From contig CM022678.1 in assembly GCA_012295275.1 (NCBI GenBank), forward strand, positions 10,788,001 through 10,852,000: a stretch of DNA of 64,000 nucleotides. The letters run 5' to 3'. Source of the stretch: Chrysomallon squamiferum (taxonomy: Eukaryota; Animalia; Mollusca). Positions 50,727 through 62,329 of this stretch are shown here, in pieces. The translations under genes and the position numbers were made by a program. Each line of letters opens with the position of its first letter. Within the stretch, counting starts at the first letter, position 1. The notes under the pieces were generated by a model. It searched no databases and was not told the origin of the DNA. It was given only the letters and a program-made list of their open reading frames with translations.

Positions 50727-51977
50727 TCATAAATGTGGGACTTCTAAACGCTTCTCACCCCTATGTGTCTTCATGTGATTTTTAAGAACATCTCTTCGTG
50801 AAAAACGTTTTGCACAAACTTCACATTTAAAATGTTTCTCCCCAGTATGGATCGTCATATGAAACTTTAAACTCGAACGCTGTGAGAAACATTTTGCACA
50901 AACCTCACATTTAAAACGTTTCTCTCCAGTATGGACCATCGTGTGATCTCTTAGATTCAAACTGCACGAGAAACATTTTGCACAAACCTCACATTTAAAA
51001 GGTTTCTCACGTGTGTGGACATTCATGTGATATTTTAGACTAGAAGCTGTTGACAAACATTTTCCACAAATTTCACATTTCAAAGATTTCTCACCAGTGT
51101 GGACTGTCATATGTCTTTTCAGAGTCGCTTTTTCTGAGAATGTTTTTGAACAAAGTTCACATTTATACGGTGTCTCACCAGTATGGATCATTTTATGGCT
51201 TCTTAGACTCGAAGAGTGTAAGAAAGATTTTGCACAAACTTCACATTTAAAACATCTAATCCTGGTATGAACTGGCACGTGACGTTTTAGATTTGAACTC
51301 CTTGAGAAAGACTTTGCACAAACTTCACATTTAAAATGTTTCTCTCCAGTGTGTACGGTCATGTGATTGCTTAAATTCGATCTGCTTGAGAAACATTTTT
51401 CACAAACTTCACATTTAAAAGGTCTAATCCTGGTATGAACTGACATATGACGTTTTATACTTGAACTCCTTGAGAAAGACTTTGCACAAACTTCACATTT
51501 AAAATGTTTCTCTCCAGTGTGTACGGTCATGTGATTGCTTAAATTCGATCTGCTTGAGAAACATTTTTCACAAATTTCACATTGAAAAAATTTCTCTCTA
51601 GTGTGTACTCTCGTGTGCTGTTCTAGACATGAATTTTGTTTGAAAGATTTTGCGCAAACCTCACATTTAAAAGGTTTGTCTACTGTATGGACTTTCATAT
51701 GATATTCTAGTCTGCAATTGTATGAGAAACATTTTGCACAAATTTCACATTTAAAAGTCTTCTCATTAGTGTGGTTCTTCATATGACTTTTTAGATTTGG
51801 TCTCTGTGAGAAAGATTTGTCACAAACTTCACATTTAAATGGTTTCTCTCCAGTATGGATTCTCATATGATTTTCTACAAGTTGACGATTTGAGAAACAT
51901 TTTGAACAAACTTCACATTTAAAAGGTTTCTCACCAGAATGAATGCTGAATAATTCTTCATAACTTTTAGCTGCCAT
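50727..51977 (-). CDS. Tandem C2H2 zinc-finger protein E (14 fingers)
   Basis: 416-aa open ORF, paralogous to B and D. Its upstream flank is deleted beyond ~52140. Confidence 0.85.
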   Translation of the reverse strand: MAAKSYEELFSIHSGEKPFKCEVCSKCFSNRQLVENHMRIHTGEKPFKCEVCDKSFSQRPNLKSHMKNHTNEKTFKCEICAKCFSYNCRLEYHMKVHTVDKPFKCEVCAKSFKQNSCLEQHTRVHTREKFFQCEICEKCFSSRSNLSNHMTVHTGEKHFKCEVCAKSFSRSSSIKRHMSVHTRIRPFKCEVCEKCFSSRSNLSNHMTVHTGEKHFKCEVCAKSFSRSSNLKRHVPVHTRIRCFKCEVCAKSFLHSSSLRSHKMIHTGETPYKCELCSKTFSEKATLKRHMTVHTGEKSLKCEICGKCLSTASSLKYHMNVHTREKPFKCEVCAKCFSCSLNLRDHTMVHTGEKRFKCEVCAKCFSQRSSLKFHMTIHTGEKHFKCEVCAKRFSRRDVLKNHMKTHRGEKRLEVPHL

Positions 51978-53019
51978 GGTAATTTGTATATTCTATCATT
52001 TAGAAAATCATCTCTCACACATTTCGCATTTAAACCCTTTCTCTCTGCTGTAAACTCGTGTTTCATTGGGTTGCCATGATTACTGTAATTACGTCGCACC
52101 ACAAAATTCCCAAATCAGAGATGTTTTGAACATACTGTGATGTTTTGAACATATTGTCCTCCAAAGTAGCGTTTGTCATCAAATTAAATGTTCCATTGTG
52201 TATATGGAATGGCATTAGGCGTGAATATTCGTATATTTTTATTTTTAAATTAGCATCAAAGGATGCATTTGGATATATTGCCATATTTTCTTTTATTTTT
52301 CTGTATATGTATAATGCAGAAGACGTCGGTACTGATGAAGAACATGCAGTCTACACGATCGTTATAAGTTAATAAAACAATCATTTTAAAGAAGGTCTAG
52401 CTGCACACAAAACAGAGTAATAGCAATATGTAGCAACAGTAGAAGTATTAGTGCAAATGCTTATAGTAAATACTCGTATGCATAATTATAAATACAAAAA
52501 TGATGGATACTGGCATTGTCTGTATCAATACAGAAAAACATACTGAGAGAAAACACCCCAAAAGATATCTTAATATGTTATTAGAGTAACAATGAATTAA
52601 TGACAGTTCAGATGACATCTACTATCCAGTGTCGTGACGTTGTAGTAGTGGCAATGGTAGCATTGCTAGCAACAGTAGCAGCAGTAGTGATAGTGGTGCT
52701 AGTAGTTAGTATGATTTATTTTTCATATTTGTTCTCTAGCAAACTAATCAAAACCCGTATTTGTAATTAACCTTTCTTAAGTGTTGTCTATTGCAAAATA
52801 TTATATTCCATGGTTTCTTTTTCTCCTTTGTTTCATAAATTACTATTAATCATTTTTCAAATGTTTTTCATAAAAGTGGAACTTCGTAATATTTCAGATC
52901 CCAGCTTCTTGCAAATATTTTGCACGAATTCCACATATAAAACGCTTCTCACCACTACGTATTTTCATGTGACCTTTTAGAGCATCTCCTCGTGAGAAAC
53001 ATTTTGCACAAACCTCACA

Positions 53020-54588
53020 TTAAATAGGTTTCTGTCCAGTATGGACCTTCATGTGACGTTTTCTAACTGAAACTCGTGAGAAATATTTTGCACAAATCTC
53101 ACATTTAAAAGGTCTCTGTCCAGTATGGATCATCATGTGAATTTTTAGATTCGAATTGTTCGAGAAACATTTTGCACAAACTTCACATTTCAAATATTTC
53201 TCACCAATATGGCACTTCATGTGACTTGAATATAGATGCTTTGAGAAATATTTTTCACAAACTTTACATTTAAAAGGTCTGTCACAAGTACGGACCTTCA
53301 TGTGACTTTTTAAATTTATACGCCGTGAGAAATATTTTCCACAAAATTCACATTTAAAAGGTTTCTCACCAGTGTGGATTGTCTTATGCAATTTTAGTCT
53401 CGAACTTTGTGAGAATGATTTTTCACAAACATCACATTTAAAATTTTTCTCACCAGTATCCACAGTCGTGTGATCTTTTAGATTTGAATTTTGTTTGAAA
53501 GATTTTTCACAAACCTCACATTTAAAAGGTTTCTCTCCAGTATGTATTTTCATATGTTCCTTTAAACGGGAACGCTCTGAGAAACATTTTTCACAAATCT
53601 CACATTTGAAGGGTTTCTCTCCAGAATGGATCTTCATATGACGTTGTATTTCGTCATATCGTGAGAAACATTTTGCACAAACCTCACATTTGAAGGGTTT
53701 CTCACCTGTATGGATCTTCATGTGACGTTTTACAGCTGCACGTTCTGCGAAACATTTTCCACAAACTTCACATTTAAAAGGTTTCTCTCCAGTATGGATT
53801 CTAATATGAATTTTTAAAGTCGAACTCCGTGAGAAACATTTTTCACAAATCTCACATTTGAAAGGTTTCTCTCCAGTATGGACCATCATATGACGTCGTA
53901 TATGTTCATCTAATAAGAAACACTTTCCGCAAATCTCACATTTGAAGGGTTTCTCTCCAGTGTGGACCTTCATATGACGTTTTAGATCTGAACCGTGTGA
54001 GAAACATTTTGGACAAACTTCACATTTAAAATTTTTCTCACCGGTATGCACAGTCGTGTGATCTTTTAGATTTGAATTTTGTTTGAAAGATTTTTCACAA
54101 ACCTCACATTTAAAAGGTTTCTCTCCAGTATGTATTTTCATATGTTCCTTTAAACGGGAACGCTCTGAGAAACATTTTGCACAAACCTCACATTTGAAGG
54201 GTTTCTCACCTGTATGGATCTTCATATGACGTTTTACAGTTGCACGTTCTGCAAAACATTTTGCACAAACTTCACATTTAAAAGGTTTCTCACCGGTGTG
54301 GTACTTCATGTGACTTTTTATATGTGCAATCTGTGAGAAAGTTTTTAAACAAACTTCACATTTAAAAGGTTTCTCTCCAGTATGGATTCTAATATGATTT
54401 TTTAAAGTCGAACTCCGTGAGAAACATTTTTCACAAATCTCACATTTGAAAGGTTTCTCTCCAGTATGGACCATCATATGATTTTCTATTGTTTGACGTT
54501 TGTGGAAACATTTTGAACAAACTTCACATTTAAAAGGTTTCTTACCAGAATGAATGCTGAATAATTCTTCATAACTTTTAGCTGCCAT
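53020..54588 (-). CDS. Tandem C2H2 zinc-finger protein F (18 finger units, 3 degenerate)
   Basis: 522-aa open ORF, positional paralog of C, ending HTGQKPI*. Confidence 0.92.
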   Translation of the reverse strand: MAAKSYEELFSIHSGKKPFKCEVCSKCFHKRQTIENHMMVHTGEKPFKCEICEKCFSRSSTLKNHIRIHTGEKPFKCEVCLKTFSQIAHIKSHMKYHTGEKPFKCEVCAKCFAERATVKRHMKIHTGEKPFKCEVCAKCFSERSRLKEHMKIHTGEKPFKCEVCEKSFKQNSNLKDHTTVHTGEKNFKCEVCPKCFSHGSDLKRHMKVHTGEKPFKCEICGKCFLLDEHIRRHMMVHTGEKPFKCEICEKCFSRSSTLKIHIRIHTGEKPFKCEVCGKCFAERAAVKRHMKIHTGEKPFKCEVCAKCFSRYDEIQRHMKIHSGEKPFKCEICEKCFSERSRLKEHMKIHTGEKPFKCEVCEKSFKQNSNLKDHTTVDTGEKNFKCDVCEKSFSQSSRLKLHKTIHTGEKPFKCEFCGKYFSRRINLKSHMKVRTCDRPFKCKVCEKYFSKHLYSSHMKCHIGEKYLKCEVCAKCFSNNSNLKIHMMIHTGQRPFKCEICAKYFSRVSVRKRHMKVHTGQKPI

Positions 54589-56231
54589 GGTAAATTTTAT
54601 AATCTATCTTTTAGAAAATCATCTCTCACACATTTAGCATTTAAACCCTTTCTCTCTGCTGTAAACTCGTGTTTCATTGGGTTACCATGACTACTGTAAT
54701 TACATCGCACTACAAAATTCCCAGATCAGAGATGTTTTCAACGTACTGTGACGATGATGTAAAGTACAGAGTGAATTTACTGCGCTAAAGTGTAAAGTGT
54801 TCATTTATTAAAACACATCAGTTTGCAAATTCGAGGAATTATATTTTTCCCTTCACATCCGAATGTCATTTTCATAAAAATCTGGAATTGTGATGCTTAG
54901 ATTTGATTGATTTCTGAAAATATAAATACATAAATAACCAGTAATATTTAAATTAGCATATTTTATTCAAGTAGATTATTTTATACAAATTTAATATATT
55001 ATTTATATTCTAAATTGTCAAAATCGTATGTTTTCTTTTAATTTTGGAGAAAGGTAAAAGGAAAATCTCTCATCAATTTTATTTTCTTGATATTTAAATG
55101 GGAAAATTTGAAGTTAAAATTTAATGCCGAAGACTAGATCTATGATTATTGATTTTTAAAATGCATTTTTAGAACAACTTTTTAAAGACTTGTATAAAAT
55201 AACAAAAAAATGAATGTTGTTACTATAGTCAGACACTTTTGACTTGTATTAAATAGGAATCGTTCGTAAATAGGAAGAACGATTGAATAAACTGAGCTTC
55301 ACAGTGAACTTCACCTGAATAATTTACCTTAACAGCTCGATAATTTAATATTATTTTCCAAGTATTTTATTTTATATTTGTTTAACGACTGCTAACCACT
55401 AGATGGTATAATTGTTGTGTCAAAAGTAATGTAATACAATAGTATATAAAAAGATAACATAATATTAACACAATACTTAATATATTCATTAAAAATAAAG
55501 TATTATCCTGCTGAACGTCTGTCCAGTGCTCTAGATTTTTCCTTGGCTGTATTATATCTTACCAAACATATATTTCGCTTCATTTATAATTACATAGCTT
55601 ACAAATATTAATATTTGAGCGCTAAACTGTTTATAGTCAAGTCCGACGTTATGATTAAGTATGAAAGGCCAAATGTTGCATTTCATATATACACGGAATC
55701 GGGTTCAATATACCATATTGTGCTACTATGGCAGTAGACATATTTAGTGATATATTCACTAAATATTTGTTAGGGAAATTTCTTATAAAAACGTAACGGA
55801 AAATCTGAAAATAAAATAAATCAGATAAAAATGATAAGTGAATGTTAGAAAAAAAAAATTGTAAAAAAGGAAAACGCTGAATAGATTATTAAATGGAACA
55901 TTTAAACCTATCTTCCTTCAGTCTTGCGTATGTTTGACAAATAACCGAGTATTTATTGTTTAATAACGACTTGGAGTGAAGTGCTGGTGCCCGATCCATT
56001 AAAAAAAACACCCAGGAACGACAACTCTATATGATCGTTTGCAGAAATAAACACCATGGTAATAGAAACATCCACATATCAATTGAAACAGGCCAAAATC
56101 ATAATATTTAATTTAGTTAAATCTATTAAAGACATTAAAAACAAAACACTTTTCAAGTTTACCATTTTTTTTTTTTTACACGTCTGCGATTGAATGTTTT
56201 CTGATTCGTATAAAATACATCTCTATTTGAA

Positions 56232-56244
56232 AATAATAATAATA

Positions 56245-56296
<52 letters not shown>

Positions 56297-56300
56297 CAAC

Positions 56301-56384
<84 letters not shown>
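56232..56384. repeat. (AAT)n microsatellite, expanded
   Basis: Seen directly. Confidence 0.95.
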
Positions 56385-56390
<6 letters not shown>

Positions 56391-56956
56391 TATGTTAGCA
56401 CAGCTATTGAAATGAGGATTTCGTAATGGACATTCTCAATATTTCTGAGAGAGACGATTATAAGTATACAGCATAAACAAAGAATAACACGTTACTATTT
56501 TACTCAAAACGACCTATTTTGTTATTTACATTCAAATCGTAGCAGAATTCCGCGAACTTTTTTCACTTCAGTTTACAACCACTATTTACTGAGCGTTTTA
56601 CCTTCCATTATTTTCTAATATATACACGAGAAACCTGCTCTGCGTTCAGGTTTAATGGCTATTCTGTAATTTATCTCCACTTTGGTCAACGTTGGCTTGT
56701 TTATCATTCACGTTCAAAATAAAGCGCACACTCTGATATCGCAAGGAACAGTTTCATTTCACTGGGTCGCTCTCACTAACCAGTAATCTAACGCAGTGAA
56801 GTTATATAATATTAAAATTAGCATATTTTAAAAGCGATTTGTTTACGTTAAACTGCTCACACTGAACTATTTGTCACATCTTACTGCATTAAAGTTAGAT
56901 TTGTAGCTAAACAGTTCCTCCACACTGTTGTATATAAAATTAAACTAATCCTTTTT

Positions 56957-56989
<33 letters not shown>

Positions 56990-57265
56990 GTAAATATCAT
57001 AAATATTAAAACTTGGTTATGGACAGACACAAAAACAACACAGCCATTGTCAGGCTTAGTTAGTATGCTGCTTTTAGCATCCACATCACTCAAAGTAACA
57101 CAAAAATCAAACTAAGATTTTTTTCAAATAAATATATGAATCTGAAATAAATAAGTCATTAATAATAGTTTTACTTAAAACAAAACTGTGGTTACAGAAG
57201 GAGACAGTTCGAGAAAACATATGAAAATTCATGGAAGATCATAATACTGCATTCAGGATGGATAA

Positions 57266-57321
<56 letters not shown>

Positions 57322-60300
57322 AAATAAAGAAATAAAAGTTATTTTAAGATCGCTAATTCTGCTTGTCTCAAAGTGCCCAACTTGCTCTGGCTTCATGTAA
57401 TTATACAATTGGTGTTTGGAGATTATTATGCAGTACAATTAGTGATGTACAACTGGTATCTGAACTGTTTTAGAGATCACATTACACACAGCTGAGAACC
57501 AGAAAACTAATTGTTTTAAGATGGAACCAAGTTCATTCTGTAACAGAAACAGTAGACAGAGCTAACACTAGCCCTTAAAAACAACAGAAGTCCATGAAAC
57601 AAACTTAACACTCAGAAGATCAAAAGTACAGAAATAAAATGTTCATGATGTGTGAATACACAAATTGTCTTTGAAATTCCGCTCACATGTTAGAAATAAC
57701 ATATTAGATTATGGAAAGTCTGGTGTGCAGATAGTAGCTGAATAGGGCTTGTACCAATTGCTAAATTTAGTAATGACCTATCACATGGTCAATTTTGGGA
57801 CAAACAATTCAGCTCTAAAAGTGAAGTCTGGTTGCAAGCTTACCATGAGTGATTCTTAAACTTACTGAAAATCATTTACCTGGTTCACAGACAAAGTAAG
57901 CAGCAAATTAAACTCAATGAACCCAGGAAATAAACTAATCACATTTCCTTTCTTAATATCAAGACTGATCTTAAAATTTGATTTATTTTTTCTTGTAGTG
58001 TTGATTAGCTGCATCAGAGAAAATACCAGCAATGGTCAGATCATAAGTAACATTTATTTGCAGTCAAACCACATCAAGAACAAAGATAAGAAAACTCTTT
58101 TATATTTCTGTTTCAAATATCCGACTCATCACACCTGTGCTTTTCACTGCCTTTAGTCTCCTGATTACACACATTTTATTGTTTCTAATTCAACACCTTT
58201 CTGGAGTGGGAACCAAGCTTTAGCCAGGTTTGTGTATTGCAGATGATAATGGTTAAAGATCAAATGCTTTTAGTCTTTTTTAGGTAACACACACATATCA
58301 CAGCTTCATTTTAACTTTTAACCTCTAAACATTTAAAATAAGACTGAAAAATCATGTTAGATGTATAAACAAAGTTATGTTGTGCTATTCAAAGCTGTTA
58401 GACACAACTCATTTGTTTTAAAGTGGCTTCCTGTGACAGTTTAACCACTTTAACATGCAATCATATCACTGTAAATATGTTAAAAATGCAACTGAAGTTC
58501 TAACATAAAATTGTGAAATTAATATGTAAAAGTAATAAATAAATAAATAAATAAATAAATAAATATATAAAACTTTAAATTTAATTCAATGATGACAAAA
58601 TGTACCAATAATAAATTTTTTAAATTTAATTCATTGATAAAAAATAAAAATCCTCCACTCTTTAAACATGAAAAACACAGATAAATGCTAATTCATTATT
58701 GCTGAAACTGTACAAAAACTTGTTTCTCTTAAACAGTCTAAACATGCAAGTGACGAGTTATTCTATGATGCACAGGAACTGTGTTCATCTGAATTATGTA
58801 GCATGAGGGCGGAGCTACTGATTACAGTGCCACCTAAAAACAGATGCAGGTTGCAAGCTCACCAATAAAGTGAGAAACAGGACAAATTCTCACCACAAAA
58901 TGGTGATTTGTTTTATCAACAAAACTTTATTTTAGGTTATTGTAGGTGTGTAAATGGTTGGGGAGGACTGGGTATCTCTAATAAATAAATAATATAAGAA
59001 AATTAAATCTAGGTCAATTTCAAATCTTTGAGAAAAAGTATTTTCTGACCAAACTGAATTACTACTGTGGTTTTTCAGAGGGATCCTCTACAACTTACAA
59101 CATTTTTTTTTATTAATTTATTCCAGTCACTGCTTTTCAAACATTCTGAATGACATTAATTTAGGATAAAAACAGGACGGTTTAAAAACTAGAATTGTAC
59201 AAACAGCCATAAATCAGAATACTTTCTTCAGATTCTGAAGTAAGGCAAGGAAAAAGTCACTATTTTATTTTCATCATACTTTAATGAACTAGTAATATTT
59301 TAAGTATGAAAGCTGTAATGGCATTCAGCCAGTAACAGTTGTTCTTCTCAAAGATGTTAATGTACATCAAGTTACTTTCATTGTTAATTATTTAATACAG
59401 AAAATTTGTTATCTTATTTTCATTATACTCGAATGAATTGAGAATACTTTTTTCGGTATGAAAGTTGTAAAGATATTTGTTCAGTAACACAGATTCTTGT
59501 GAAAGAAATTAGTCATGTTAATGTACACCAAGTTACTTGCATGGTTAATTATTTAATACAGAAATTGAGGTTAAATACCGTGAACTTGTCTTCAGTAAAT
59601 CTGGATCCTTTGTAAAACCAGAACATAGTCAATCAGTTGAACTTCAAAGTCTGTTTCCTCTACTGAAAAGAAATGTAGAGAATTTAATGTATGAACCGAC
59701 TTAAATTTGTCCGATTGTAAAACATATATTACTGTATGGATGTGAAATCTGGGTTTTCTAAGTGAGGAATAACTGAAAGAAGTATCATCTTAAGCTTTGC
59801 AAATGTGCATAATCATAATTATGTGTTAACATGACAACATTATGCTTGATGTTCTATGATGAGTTAAAGAGATATCCACTGTATGTGTGTGTTAAAGTAA
59901 AGTACATTTTGGGCAAAGGTTGTTAATGACAATGAAACTAAATTGTCTGATATATTACACATGCTGTCACCATATTACAAATCAAATGCTATATGAAGTT
60001 TATAATTTTAATTTTACAAAATTTAAACTAGACAAATATATAGAAATAATTAAAAAAAAAAAATTAAAATGAATGTACCACTAACATGTAGATTCAGGTA
60101 CCAATATGTGGTCAAAAGAAGCTGTTAAAAGAATATTATGTGAACAGTTGTTACTGTCTGAATTTGTTCATGTTGTTTGTCATTACTATAAAAGCACTAA
60201 TTTACTTAACCAAAAAGATTTCACTTTCAAACTTAAAATGTTCTTATTTCTTTCATAATATGATAGTGTGTTAATGTTCTACTATTTAATGCTATATTTG

Positions 60301-60951
60301 ATAGTGGAATATAGTGTATTTGTGTTCTACTAGTACTATTTAATGCTATATTTGATAAATTAATATAGTGTGTTTATGTTCTACTATTTAATGCTGTATT
60401 TGATAGTGGAATATAGTGTATTTGTGTTCTACTAGTACTATTTAATGCTATATTTGATAGATTAATATAGTGTGTTTATCTTCTACTATTTAATGCCATA
60501 TCTGATAGTGAAATAATTCCTACACTTTGATCAGATGGAAATGAAATCCCAATAATGAAAGGTAATTACCTCAATATGAGAAATTATTGATGTATTACTT
60601 TCTTTAGCTGTTTCACAAATGTATTTACATGTGTAATTAATAATGCACTGATTGTATTCTCTGATGAATTTAAATTAGTAGAATGAAAAAAAGGTCTGTA
60701 TGGTTTTTTTTAAAAGGTTTCTGCATTACTGATAACATTTTTGTATTAACTTATTCCAGTTACTAATATTTGTTTTTATTGATTTTTGAGTGTTTTTGAT
60801 TTTGTATTGCATCAGTGTATTATAATAATGGGAAATGTTTCAGAATAATATCATGTTACAAAAGCTAGGATTATACAAATGGCTCTAAATCAGGTTTTAT
60901 GGAGGGGGGGGTCTTCAAATTTTGGAATAGGTCTCAGAAAGGTCTGTCATG

Positions 60952-61030
<79 letters not shown>
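60952..61030. repeat. (TTA)n microsatellite
   Basis: Seen directly; lies inside a segment unique to unit 2. Confidence 0.95.
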
Positions 61031-61031
<1 letters not shown>

Positions 61032-61536
61032 CAAACATGATCTAATAAAAATCGTTTAATCAATTGGTCTGAAAAAACAAGAAAAAAAAAATAAATATAT
61101 TATATACGTAGAGAATTTATCAGCAGACTTTCAGCTTTGTTTGACAAGACTTCAAAATGATGAAAATCTACATTATTACCTGGATGCAGAATTTGAGGTT
61201 TTACAAATTTAGGTTCAACGTAAGACATACTTTCAAATTCAAAATCTACATATATATGTGAAGATCAATGGTGTATGATGAATTTGGGATATATGATTAT
61301 ATCCATTGCCTTCAGTCGACTGGAGAAAGTAGTTTATAAAATAGGTACGGCGTTTATCTTTGAACTAGATATTTTATTTCTTTATTGTCGTTTTACTGAA
61401 AATGTGTTAATTAATTTTATGCTACCTTAAATAAAAAATAACAATACTAGGGCAACCGTTATACCAGTCTTTACGACAAGAAAAAAAAAACGAATATCGG
61501 TTTACCACGAAAACAGTCGTTACAATGCTAACAATC

Positions 61537-62290
61537 GTATGCTAGTTCTATTTTCCTCAAAACAAACTTCAAATCGTAGCAGTATTCCGCGAAAAATTCT
61601 TATTTCAACTTACAAGCAGTGTTTTAAAGATTACCTTCCATTCATTTCTAACATGTACACGAAAAACTTGTTCGACGTCCAGTCTTAAGGCAATTATGTG
61701 GTTTATCTCCCCTTTGTTTAACACTGACTTGTTTTCTTTATCATTTTCCTCCAAAATAATGTGCGCACTGTAATATCGCAAATAACACTTTTATTTCTTT
61801 TGATCGCTCGGTCTAAGCTAATCCTCGGATGGCTATAAAAGTAAATCAAGCAAATAGTACCCAATATTTCTGTATCTGTAAATTAGTTTTTTATATAATA
61901 ACAATTAGTATGTTTAAGTATTTGAATATTTGAAATATATATATACTTGTTTAATTGTTTGTTTGTTTGTTTATTTATTTATTTAACAGACGCATAAATA
62001 CAGATACTAATGAAGTTGGTGATGGATTTGTGGTTGTAGATAGAAAAGTCACATTTACTAACCTACTTACGCCATTTTTCACTGAAGTCGCGCTTTTGTT
62101 TTGTATGACAGTCCGTATCTTGAGGAAATCAGGCGACATTCTGAATTCTTTCTTTCATTTTTCTTCTTTTTATATATTATATAGATCTTCTTCTTTCTCA
62201 TATTTTATCTTTCTTTTTCTTCTTGTTCCTCAATTTGTTCTCTTCTTAATATTTTGTATTTCATTTGCATTCTTCAGTGAAGGGGGGGGC

Positions 62291-62329
<39 letters not shown>

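Larger units (their letters stand above)
41189..61536. repeat. Segmental duplication unit 2 (~20.3 kb)
   Basis: Colinear with unit 1, plus one extra ZNF gene module. Confidence 0.9.
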
